Positions 9,359 to 21,767 of a DNA stretch of 64,000 bases are shown one piece after another (within the stretch, counting starts at the first letter, position 1; every line of letters begins with the position of its first letter). A model generated the notes under the pieces. The model saw only the letters and a list, made by a program, of their open reading frames with translations, was not told the DNA's origin and did no database searches. The stretch spans positions 128,001-192,000 of the forward strand of contig JBGARZ010000001.1 of the NCBI GenBank assembly GCA_044229975.1, in the 5' to 3' direction. Position numbers and translations under genes: made by a program. Source of the stretch: Polyangiales bacterium. GTDB taxonomy: Bacteria > Myxococcota_A > Polyangia > Polyangiales > Ga0077539.

Positions 9359-12283
9359 ATGCGTCTGTCCCCGACCGCTCTCCGCCTCGCGCCCGCCATC
9401 TCTGTCGCCCTGGCGCTGCTCCAGGGTTGCAGCGATGACCCGGCGAGCGCCTCCGACGCGGGCGCAACGACCGACGTCAGCACCGACCTCGGGCGCGACG
9501 GCGCGGTGAGTGCCGACCGCCCTGGAGCGGATGTTCCGACCGGACCCACGGCCGATCGGCGGCGGGTGCCGGTGGGGTCGACGTTCTATCTCCCAGCGGG
9601 CGATTGGGCGCTGGCGACCAACGTCACGGCCAACATGAACGCCATCTTCCGCGACACCGCGGGCCGCAGCGCCTTCGTCGCGCATGTCCCGGGCGACTAC
9701 CGCTTCACCGAGGCCGCCGGCACGACGGTCTCCGTCACCTTCGTCGACCCCGCGTCGCTCGCCTTCCACAACCTCGACTACTACCCGACGCGCGCCGTGG
9801 CGACGCTCGGCGACCTCGCCTTCGTCGCGAGCGTGCTGCGACCCGAGGTCGTCGCCGTGAACCCTGCCGACTTCACGAGCCCGTTCACGGTTCCAGTGGG
9901 CGCGTGGCCCGTCGCCATCGCGGCGCTCACCCAACGCAACCTGCTGCTCGTCGCCGCCCGCGGCGAAGACACGCTGACCGTCGTCGACGTCGCCGCGCGA
10001 CGACCCACGCGCTCGGTCTGGATCGGCGATGAGGTCAGCAACGTCGTCGTCACCCCCGACGGCGCCACCGCGATCGCGCTGCTCCCCCACGACCGCAAGG
10101 TGGTGTTCATCAACACGATGGACTGGTCGGAGCTCGGGCGCGTCGACGTCGGCAGCGACCCGCACCACATCGCCGTGCGCGCCGACGGCAGCACGGTGTT
10201 TGTCGCCGGTCGGCGCACCGGCCTCGGCGCCATGACCGAGGCGGGCGACCCCGCGGGCGCCGACGTCTCGGAGATCAGCGTCGCGACGCGCGCGGTGGTC
10301 CGCACCATTCATCGGGTCGGGACCACCCTCGGTGGCATCGCGCTCGCGCCCGATGGCAACAGCCTCTTCGTGGCGACGCTGCGCAACGACCCCAGTGCTC
10401 CGGCCACGACCGAGCTCTCGCCGCGCTTCCAACACATGCTCGTGCGCTACGACCTGTCGGGCGCCGGGGCCCGCGAGGCCGCCGCCGTCGACCTCTCGCG
10501 CTCGCGGCCTGGGGCGGTGGTTCCGGTGGGTGACGCGGGTGTCGCGACGGATGCGGGCGCGATGAGCGACGCGGGCGCCGATGCGGCTATTGTAGACGCG
10601 GGGGTGACCGACAGCGGCGTGGCCCCGACCGGGCTCGACGATCGCCGGGTGGTCGGGTTGCAGTGGGTGGGCGTTCGCGATGGGTCGGTGTGGGTCGTCT
10701 CCGAGGGGACCGACCTCGTGCTGCGACTCGACGCCGCGAGCCTCGTCGAGCAGGAGCGCTTCGCCGCACCGGGACGCCCCCGCGCAGCCATCTTCACCAA
10801 CGACGGCACCGTCCTCGCGTTTGGACACCAGACCCAGCAGCTCACGGTCGTGGGCGCGGGCGGTGGTGCGGCGCGCAGCTCCATGGCCCTCGGCCGCGAC
10901 CCGCGATCGGCGGCCGTCGCGCGTGGTCAGGCGTACTTTACCGGCCCTGGTATGCGGGCCGAGCTCGGCGCGGGGCAGGTGCTCGCCGGGGACGTGATGT
11001 CGTGCAGCTCGTGCCACGCCGACGGGCTCACCGACGGCATCGTCTGGCCAACGGGGCCGATCGCAGGCCGCCAGTCGCTGTCGCGCGCGCTGACCCTCCC
11101 AGAGGCGACGGCGCCGCTCGGGTGGCAGGGCGGTTACGGCGCGCTCTCCAACGCGGTCTTCGCGGTCAACATCAAGGTCGGGGTGATGCGCCCCACGCAG
11201 GAGCAGGTGGACGGCCTCGCGGCGTACCTCGCGTCGATGGCGACGCCTCCGGCGGCCAACACGCTCACCGGGCGCGATGGATCGCTCTCCGAAGAGGCGG
11301 CGCGCGGCGCGGTGCACTTCCAGGCGAGCTGCGCGAGCTGCCACGAGGGCTCGCTCACGACCAACCGGGCGCGCGTCGAGCGCGACGTCGGCGGGGGACC
11401 CTTCGCGGATGTCGCGAGCCTGCTCGGCACGGCGCGACTCGGGGCGTGGTTCCCCTCGGGCGCGCAGCGGACGCTCGCGGGTGCGGTCGGTGCCTGGGTC
11501 GATGAGACGCGCGCGCCGCTCAACGCCGTGCAGCGCGCGGAGCTCACCCGCTATGTGGCCGAGCTCACGGGGCGGGACTTCTATGTGACGACCGAGGTGC
11601 CGCGCGCGACGGAGCGCATCGCGACGACGTCTCCCATCACCCTGGTGTTCTCGCAGCCGGTGCTCGACCGACCGGAGAACCTCGCGCGCATCGGATTCAA
11701 CGACCCGAGCGGGCGCCCGCTGGGTGCGCGGGTGGTGGTCGAGGGGCGGCGGCTCACGATCACCCCGACGAGCCCGCTGCTCTTCGGCGGCGAGTACCAC
11801 GTCGTCATCGGCGAAGGCTTCGAGTCCGAGCAGGAGGTGCGCACGGCGCGAGCGCAGGACATCGTGTTTCGCACGGTGGTCCAACCGACACTGAGGATGT
11901 CGGGGGCTTACACGCTCACGTATGCGCCGGCCCCCGGGGCGAGCGCGTCGACCATGCCGAGCACGCTCTCGCTCACGCTTAGCTCCGATGGCGGTGGCCT
12001 CGTGAGCGTCGTCGCCTCCTTCGCGGGCGCGCCGCTCACCTGGCACGGCACCGGGACCGTCTCGGGTCGGCGCCTGCACCTGCCCGCCATGCCGCTCCCC
12101 GTCGGGACCACCTTTGCCGACGCGCCCACCGGCTTCGACGGCGACCTCGGCGACACCGATGGTGACGGCACCGGGGACTTCATCACCACCGGTGCGAGCG
12201 ACGGCGGCGTCCGCGGCTACACCATGGCCGGCCCCGGCTTCGAGGCCCGCGACCTCGCCTGGAACCTCACCCGCTCGCCGTAG
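9359..12283 (+). CDS. Large lipoprotein: YVTN-type beta-propeller + di-haem cytochrome c (CCP/MauG-like) + Ig-like (SbsA/Big_5) domain
   Basis: SD GAGGAGG; lipobox LQGC; YVTN-like repeats (VPVGAWP, VDVGSDP); two CxxCH (CSSCH, CASCH); Ig-like ITLVFSQPV..LTITP..L..G.EY.V. Confidence 0.8.
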   Translation: MRLSPTALRLAPAISVALALLQGCSDDPASASDAGATTDVSTDLGRDGAVSADRPGADVPTGPTADRRRVPVGSTFYLPAGDWALATNVTANMNAIFRDTAGRSAFVAHVPGDYRFTEAAGTTVSVTFVDPASLAFHNLDYYPTRAVATLGDLAFVASVLRPEVVAVNPADFTSPFTVPVGAWPVAIAALTQRNLLLVAARGEDTLTVVDVAARRPTRSVWIGDEVSNVVVTPDGATAIALLPHDRKVVFINTMDWSELGRVDVGSDPHHIAVRADGSTVFVAGRRTGLGAMTEAGDPAGADVSEISVATRAVVRTIHRVGTTLGGIALAPDGNSLFVATLRNDPSAPATTELSPRFQHMLVRYDLSGAGAREAAAVDLSRSRPGAVVPVGDAGVATDAGAMSDAGADAAIVDAGVTDSGVAPTGLDDRRVVGLQWVGVRDGSVWVVSEGTDLVLRLDAASLVEQERFAAPGRPRAAIFTNDGTVLAFGHQTQQLTVVGAGGGAARSSMALGRDPRSAAVARGQAYFTGPGMRAELGAGQVLAGDVMSCSSCHADGLTDGIVWPTGPIAGRQSLSRALTLPEATAPLGWQGGYGALSNAVFAVNIKVGVMRPTQEQVDGLAAYLASMATPPAANTLTGRDGSLSEEAARGAVHFQASCASCHEGSLTTNRARVERDVGGGPFADVASLLGTARLGAWFPSGAQRTLAGAVGAWVDETRAPLNAVQRAELTRYVAELTGRDFYVTTEVPRATERIATTSPITLVFSQPVLDRPENLARIGFNDPSGRPLGARVVVEGRRLTITPTSPLLFGGEYHVVIGEGFESEQEVRTARAQDIVFRTVVQPTLRMSGAYTLTYAPAPGASASTMPSTLSLTLSSDGGGLVSVVASFAGAPLTWHGTGTVSGRRLHLPAMPLPVGTTFADAPTGFDGDLGDTDGDGTGDFITTGASDGGVRGYTMAGPGFEARDLAWNLTRSP

Positions 12284-12337
12284 CAGCGCCCCGTCAGTAA
12301 CTGCCGTTCTCCGTGCGCGTCGTGCTACCGCGCGCGG

Positions 12338-14755
12338 ATGCGGCTCCCTTCCCCTGTTCTCGTCGCGCTCCTCTCGTCGCTCTCGCTGAGCCCGGCCGCG
12401 GCGCTCGCGCAGACCTTCTGCTTCACGCCGACCACGACCGCGGCGCCCACCACCCACGTCACCGCCGCCCTCAACGACCGCTTCCGCAGCCACGCGGAGT
12501 GTCGGTACGGCGTCAGGACCGTCACGGGCGCGGTGCTTCATGAGGTCGGCGCCCTCCCGGACGGCGAGCGCGACCTCGCGACCTTCCTGCGCGACGCGGG
12601 CCTTCCTCCCGAGCGCCGCGACCTCGCGGCCGACCTCGAAGTGTTCGCGCTCCCGGCTGCCGTCGCCGGGCGTGACGCGCCGCCCGCGCAGACCCTCGCG
12701 CTGCGCCCGTGCCTCGCCCACCTTGGCGAAGGCACCACCGCCGTCGCCTTCGAGCGCACCGCCTCGCGCGACCTGCGACTCACCGCGCCCCGCATCACCT
12801 CGTGCCCGACCGAAAACGTCGACCTCCTCGTGGTCGATGGCTCCGACGCCGCGACGCTGCTCACCGCGACCGCGGGCGCCCGCATGCTCGCGCTCGGCGG
12901 CGGTCAGACGGTGGATGTTCCCGGCTCGGTGACGGCGGCGGGCATCTATCTGCGGCGCCGCGGCAGCGAGCTCGCGCTGCGCGTCGACAGCATGCGCTTC
13001 GGCGACCCGCAGACTCCTCTCCAGCGGCTCTTCTCCGAGGGCACCGGCCGGTGGTTCGACACCGACTGGCAGCGCGGCGAGCTGCGCCTCACGCCACGCG
13101 CCGACGTCTTCTCCCGCGACCCCATGCGCTGGAACGAGCTCGTCACCGCCTCCGCCGCCTCCGCCCTCGTGGTCGCCGGGGTGCCCGATCGCGACGGCTC
13201 GGCGCTCACCTTCGCGGCGCGCGTCGACCGCGACGGCACCGCACTCACGGTCCCCGACGAGGCCGTGCGCAGCGTGATGCGACGTCGCTACGGCGTCCCT
13301 GGTGGCGCGATGGCGCCCGACCGCCACGACTGGTCCGAGGTGCTCTCCGCGCTGCGCCTCTGCCACGCGAGCCGCTACACCGCGGCGCCCACCCGCAACG
13401 CCCGCGCGACGCCCGCCGAGCTCGCGGCACTACGCTGCGTGGCCCTCGCGCAGGTCGCGCCGCTCACGGTCACGGGCGTCCCCGACGCCTTCACGCTGGA
13501 GCGACACCTCGACGTCATCACCCGCGCCGACGGCCATGTCGGGGTGACGCAGGCGAGCGCTGGCGAGGTCGAGCGCATCGCGATGGAGGCCGAGGCCCCC
13601 GCACAGATCGCCACCGTCGGCGACCGCGTGCTCGCGCCCGACGCGCTGCCTGCCGGGTCGCGCATGGTGCTCTGCCCCACTGGGGACACGCAGGGGTCGC
13701 GTGAAGGCATCGCCCTCGACGCGCGTGGATCGCACACCTTCGACGAGCACGCCGCGGGTCTGTGGCAGGTGGTGATGCGCCCCGCTGACGACACCCGCTG
13801 CGCGCCGCAGGACCTCGCCCTCGCCCGCATCGCCGTGCTGCGTCCGCGCGACGCGTGGCTGCCCGCGGGCCTCGTCGATCACGGCTCGATGTCGCTCACC
13901 GACCCGTGGGCCGCGGTGCCCGGCGCGGGTGATGACACCTTCGCGTTCACCGCGCGCTCGGGCGAACCGGAGTGGCGCCTCTCCGCGAGCCCCGACGTCA
14001 CCGCGGCCATCAACGCATACACCGCCGTCACCACCGACCCCACGCACGCGGCCGACGACGCCCCGCGGGTCAACCGCGTCATCCCCACGCGGCTGCGCGT
14101 CGAGCCCGACGTCCACGCGCCGGGGCGTAGCGCGCTCGTCGTGTTGCTCGCCGACGGCGACACCTGCCCCCGAACGCCCGCCGACCTCATCCCCAACCTG
14201 CGCTCGCTGCCCGCCGAGGGCAGCGTGCACGCCTTCCTCGCCACCGAGCGTGCGCCCGACGCCGCGGGCCGGCGCTTCACCTGCCTCGCCCGCGCGCGCC
14301 TCCGCTCGACGCCTCCGCTGCTTCACCGCAGCGCCGACGCGGGGCCTTTCTACTTCCGTTGGGGTCTGCCGGGGAGCGTCGAGCTCCGCGCGCAGTACGA
14401 GCTCAACTCCGACTGCCGCGGCGGCGACTGCGTCTCCATCGGCGTCGCCGCGCCGCTCATCTACGCCCGCGTCTCGCCGCGCGCTCGCGTGATGTCGTGG
14501 CTCACCCTCGACGTGTCCATCCCCGTCATGGTGCTCGCCTCGCCCGGCAACGGCCGCGCGCTCCACACCGGAACCGGCCTCGACTTCACGCTCTCCGGCG
14601 GGCCCTTCGCCATCCCGCGCATGATCAGCTTCGGCGTGCTCATCCAGCCCACGGCGCTCGGCGTCGCGCAGTCGTACTCCGACGACGCGGTGAACATCGC
14701 GCTCCACCTCGGCGTGAACCTCAACTCCTTCTTCGACTTCCTCCGGGGGCTGTGA
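12338..14755 (+). CDS. Hypothetical secreted protein with possible C-terminal outer-membrane beta-strands
   Basis: Sec signal (..AAALA-Q); 12 Cys; amphipathic strands at the C-terminus (VELRAQYEL, TGLDFTLSG, IALHLGVNL). Confidence 0.7.
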   Translation: MRLPSPVLVALLSSLSLSPAAALAQTFCFTPTTTAAPTTHVTAALNDRFRSHAECRYGVRTVTGAVLHEVGALPDGERDLATFLRDAGLPPERRDLAADLEVFALPAAVAGRDAPPAQTLALRPCLAHLGEGTTAVAFERTASRDLRLTAPRITSCPTENVDLLVVDGSDAATLLTATAGARMLALGGGQTVDVPGSVTAAGIYLRRRGSELALRVDSMRFGDPQTPLQRLFSEGTGRWFDTDWQRGELRLTPRADVFSRDPMRWNELVTASAASALVVAGVPDRDGSALTFAARVDRDGTALTVPDEAVRSVMRRRYGVPGGAMAPDRHDWSEVLSALRLCHASRYTAAPTRNARATPAELAALRCVALAQVAPLTVTGVPDAFTLERHLDVITRADGHVGVTQASAGEVERIAMEAEAPAQIATVGDRVLAPDALPAGSRMVLCPTGDTQGSREGIALDARGSHTFDEHAAGLWQVVMRPADDTRCAPQDLALARIAVLRPRDAWLPAGLVDHGSMSLTDPWAAVPGAGDDTFAFTARSGEPEWRLSASPDVTAAINAYTAVTTDPTHAADDAPRVNRVIPTRLRVEPDVHAPGRSALVVLLADGDTCPRTPADLIPNLRSLPAEGSVHAFLATERAPDAAGRRFTCLARARLRSTPPLLHRSADAGPFYFRWGLPGSVELRAQYELNSDCRGGDCVSIGVAAPLIYARVSPRARVMSWLTLDVSIPVMVLASPGNGRALHTGTGLDFTLSGGPFAIPRMISFGVLIQPTALGVAQSYSDDAVNIALHLGVNLNSFFDFLRGL

Positions 14756-15885
14756 TGGCGATGCGCCGCTCCACCCTCCTCGCCGTGCTCGCCCTCGGCT
14801 GCGCGCCGCCCGCGTTCTCGCGCCCCCCTGAAGCCCCCGCCTACCCCGCGCGCACCGCCGCGCGCACCGCCGCCGACCCGACCGCCCCGCGCACCCGCGT
14901 CGACGAGGCCCAACGAACGCTCCACCAGCGCGTCCCCGCCGCCGTGGCGATGCTGCGCGACTCCATCGAGCGCATCGTGTCGCAGCTCGGCGAGCAGTGC
15001 GTGCCGCGCAACCCCGACGGCGACGGCCTCCACTGGCAGGTGTCGTGCGCCACCGAGACCCTCTTCGGCCTCGGCGAGTTCGAGCCGCGCAACGACGCCG
15101 TCCTCGAACGCTGGCGCCTCGTGGGCCAGACCCTCGCGCAGCTCCAGCTCAACGCCAGCACCGACGCGCGCTCGCTCCGCGTCGCCATCTCCGGCTTCGC
15201 CGACCACGTGCAGTTCGCCGCCGACCACCCCTGCGCCGACCTCGCCACCTTCTGGAACGCCACCATCCCGCCCACCACCGACAACCCCGGCCGCAACGCG
15301 CAGCTCTCGTTCTGCCGCGCGGCGCGCATGGCCCGCGAGATCGCGTGCGCCTCGCTGCCCGCCGGTCGTTGCACCTCGGCCGCCCTCGCCGCGCGGCCCG
15401 CGCTCGCCTTCGCCGTCTTCGGCGGCAGCACCTCCGCGCTCGATCAGACGCGCTCGCCCGAGCGCTTCACCACGCCGGTCACGCTGACCGGGTCGGGTAT
15501 CACCCGCTGCGCCTGCCAGCGCTTCGGGCGCGAGCAGTACGGTCCGCCCGTTCCGCCGGGCGTCACCTTCGCGGCGTGTCCGGTCGAGCCCGAGCGCCTC
15601 TTCGAGTGCGAGGATGCTCGCCGCGTCGAGCTCGACGTGTGGCTCGACGTCGACCCACGAACGCCCTCCAACACCTGCCGCGCCGAGTCGAGCGACCCCA
15701 ACGCGCTCGCCCTGCTCTGCTACCAGGACGCCTGGCAGGCGCTCTCGCACCAGAGCGCTCTCCCTCGTCCGCGCACCACCGTGGTCACCGACGCGTGCAC
15801 CACGCCCAATCCCCTCAACTGGATCGAAGGCCGCGCCCGCAACGCCACGCGCCCCTGCGCGGCCGAGGTCACCCTCTCGCGATGA
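14755..15885 (+). CDS. Cys-rich lipoprotein with an interrupted OmpA/MotB-like domain
   Basis: Lipobox LALGC; OmpA-like elements TLFGLG, VAISGFAD, NAQLSFCRA and RRVEL; start overlaps the upstream stop. Confidence 0.65.
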   Translation: MAMRRSTLLAVLALGCAPPAFSRPPEAPAYPARTAARTAADPTAPRTRVDEAQRTLHQRVPAAVAMLRDSIERIVSQLGEQCVPRNPDGDGLHWQVSCATETLFGLGEFEPRNDAVLERWRLVGQTLAQLQLNASTDARSLRVAISGFADHVQFAADHPCADLATFWNATIPPTTDNPGRNAQLSFCRAARMAREIACASLPAGRCTSAALAARPALAFAVFGGSTSALDQTRSPERFTTPVTLTGSGITRCACQRFGREQYGPPVPPGVTFAACPVEPERLFECEDARRVELDVWLDVDPRTPSNTCRAESSDPNALALLCYQDAWQALSHQSALPRPRTTVVTDACTTPNPLNWIEGRARNATRPCAAEVTLSR

Positions 15886-17054
15886 CCTCCCCCGACCTCG
15901 CCTCGCTGCTCGCTCCCTTTCCCGTCGCGGACTTCGTGGAGCGTCACTGGGAGAAGCGCTCGCTCTACGTGCAGGGCGCGCGCGGTCGCTTCGCCGACGT
16001 CTTCGATCGGGAGCGCTTTCTCGCGGCGGCGCGGCAGCCCCGCGGCGCTCACTCAGGCGACCCGCGGCGGCTGCGGGCGGGCTTTCGCGACGCGCACGGC
16101 GAGCACGCGGAGCTGGGCATCACGGCCGCGCAGGTGGAGCCGCTGCTCAAGGCGGGCATGACGGTGCAGGTCGAGTGGCTGCACGAGAGCGACCCGGTGC
16201 TGGGCGCGTTCGTGGACGAGGTGCGACGCGCGCTGCGGGTGCCGGTGACCATCGACGTCGCGGGCTTCCTGTCGCCCGAGGGGTCAGGCTACGGGCTGCA
16301 CTTCGACACCACGTCGATGCTGGTGCTCCAGCTCCAGGGAACCAAGCGCTGGCACTTCGCGGCGGAGCCCGCCGTGGCACGGCCGGTGAGCAACGTGATC
16401 CCCGACGCGGCGGCTCGTGCGTCCGGCATCCACGGCTTTCGTGAGTCCGACCTCACGGTGCAGGAGCTCGCTCCCGGCGATGCGCTCTTCCTGCCGGCGG
16501 GCGCGTGGCACCACGTGAAGGCGACGAGCGAGTCGCTGCACATCTGCCTCACCATCCGACCGGTGGACGTGCTCGACCTCGCGCACGATCTCCTGCTCGA
16601 CGACCTGCTCGAAGACGTCGCTTGGCGTTCGTTGCCCGAGCGACCCGGCACCGAGGACGAGGCGTACTTCGCCGCGCGGCTGGAGGCGCTGCGCGCTGCG
16701 GTGCAACGACTCACGCCCGCGATGCTCCACGACGCGTGGCGCGCGCGTGCCGGTGATGACGGCGACGAGGCTCCGGGAATCGAGCCCGGTGACGTGCTGG
16801 AGCACGCGGCGCCCATCCGCTGGCGACGCGCGACGGTGGAGGGCGAGGCGGCGGTGCAGATCCTCCGCGACGCCGAGGTCATCGGGACGATGCCGCGACA
16901 CGCAGAGGCGTTTCTGTTGAAGCTGAAGGCGACGCCGCGCTTCCGCGCCGACGAGGCGAGGCAGTGGGTGAAGGACTATCCCTGGGCGGACGTCGCGATG
17001 CTGCTGGGGGAGTTCTTGTCGCTGGGAATGCTGAGGCGGGAGAGGGAGCTGTAG
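15882..17054 (+). CDS. JmjC / cupin-4 2-oxoglutarate-Fe(II) oxygenase (YcfD/RoxA-like)
   Basis: F...HWEKR; HxD (LHFD); QLQGTKRW; LAPGDALFLPAGAWHH; winged-helix-like C-terminus; ATGA overlap with the upstream gene. Confidence 0.88.
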   Translation: MTSPDLASLLAPFPVADFVERHWEKRSLYVQGARGRFADVFDRERFLAAARQPRGAHSGDPRRLRAGFRDAHGEHAELGITAAQVEPLLKAGMTVQVEWLHESDPVLGAFVDEVRRALRVPVTIDVAGFLSPEGSGYGLHFDTTSMLVLQLQGTKRWHFAAEPAVARPVSNVIPDAAARASGIHGFRESDLTVQELAPGDALFLPAGAWHHVKATSESLHICLTIRPVDVLDLAHDLLLDDLLEDVAWRSLPERPGTEDEAYFAARLEALRAAVQRLTPAMLHDAWRARAGDDGDEAPGIEPGDVLEHAAPIRWRRATVEGEAAVQILRDAEVIGTMPRHAEAFLLKLKATPRFRADEARQWVKDYPWADVAMLLGEFLSLGMLRREREL

Positions 17055-17108
17055 CGGATTCCGGCGTCCTCACGGCCGCCGGTTCCTCGGAGTGCGCTCA
17101 GCTCGGGG

Positions 17109-18275
<1,167 letters not shown>

Positions 18276-18295
18276 CTGGTTGTCTCCGTTCTCTC

Positions 18296-20665
<2,370 letters not shown>

Positions 20666-20999
20666 GCACGAAACTCCTTCGACGCATTGGTGGGGTTTGA
20701 TCCTCGAACGAGGCCCCTTACGAAGCGCGGGAGTCTGGTACCTCGACCTCACCCCGACAAGCCACTCCGGCCGCCGCGCCGCACCCCAGAAAGAGCCCTG
20801 CGACCCACGCAACCAGGTGACGAAGCCCCGTGAAGGCTCAAGAGAATTTGCTTGACACCTGAAATCGTCGGTCGACCCTTGACGCGCACGTCGAAGGGTG
20901 GACGTGGCGAATGCGACAGTGCTATGGCAGCCCCGGAAGTCGTCGCGATCCGCGGCTTCCACGAATCATTGGTGCATGGGGATCGGTGTGGAGAGTTCC

Positions 21000-21761
21000 A
21001 TGGCGAAGGCAAAGGCGAGCAGCGCGAAGCGCGGAAAGCCGACCGTGAAGGCACGTCCCGCTCCCGCGAAGTCGGCGAAGCCCGCGAAGTCGGTGAAGTC
21101 CACCAAGGCAGCGCCCGCGAAGTCGGCGAAGCCCACCAAGGCAGCGCCGCTCGCGAAGGCGACGAAGCCCACGAAGGCTGCTCCGGCCGCGAAGCCTGCG
21201 AAGGCGGCGGCTCCGGCGGCTCCCCCGGTGAGCGCACCCTACGAGAGCCCGGAAGGGTCGTCGGGCATCTCCATCAAGAAGAAGAAGGTGAAGCGCGGCG
21301 CGCCCCCGATGCTGCCGCGTCGTCTGGCCCGTCGGCCCCTGCCCTCGCCGGGCACGCCGCCGCCGCCGCCGAAGGCCACGCAGCCGGGCTCGCTGCACGC
21401 GCAGGCTCGGTCGCCCGACGGCGCCGAGGGTCTGAAGGTGCGGCTCATGGCGGTCATCAACCTCCTCGGCAAGCTCCGCGGGCTCAAGCGCTCGCTGGTG
21501 AAGCAGTTCTGGGAGGCGGGTCTCATCCTCGCCGAGCTGTCGCGTCCAGAGCTCTACCAGTCCAAGGGCTACGGCTCCTGGGAGTCCTTCGTGGAGCGTG
21601 AAATCGAGCGTGAGCTCACCATCGGCCGCACCACCGCCGAAGAGCTTCGCCGCATCGTCCGACTCTTCCAGCGCGAGGCCGCCGAAGAGCTCGGCTTCGA
21701 GCGCCTGCGCGGCGCCCTCAAGACCCTCTACCCCGAGCCAGGCTCCTCGACGGTGGCCTGA
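21000..21761 (+). CDS. Histone-H1-like K/A/P-rich protein with C-terminal DUF3102-like helical/HTH domain
   Basis: PAKSAKP(A/T)K repeats; KKKKVKR; C-terminal FWEAGLILAEL..LY...GYGSWESFV. Confidence 0.7.
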   Translation: MAKAKASSAKRGKPTVKARPAPAKSAKPAKSVKSTKAAPAKSAKPTKAAPLAKATKPTKAAPAAKPAKAAAPAAPPVSAPYESPEGSSGISIKKKKVKRGAPPMLPRRLARRPLPSPGTPPPPPKATQPGSLHAQARSPDGAEGLKVRLMAVINLLGKLRGLKRSLVKQFWEAGLILAELSRPELYQSKGYGSWESFVEREIERELTIGRTTAEELRRIVRLFQREAAEELGFERLRGALKTLYPEPGSSTVA

Positions 21762-21767
21762 TCGCTC

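Noticed and set aside
9257..13366. 1369-aa antisense ORF, and similar long ORFs (18206-20833 +, 33414-36062 -, 51081-53957 +, 56419-59079 +)
   Set aside because: Shadow frames of real genes in high-GC DNA, with no motifs and biased composition.
20666..20999. Long intergenic region between fadN and the H1-like gene as a riboswitch or ncRNA
   Set aside because: No recognisable aptamer consensus, only scattered promoter-like hexamers (TTGACA at 20852, TTGACG at 20879).
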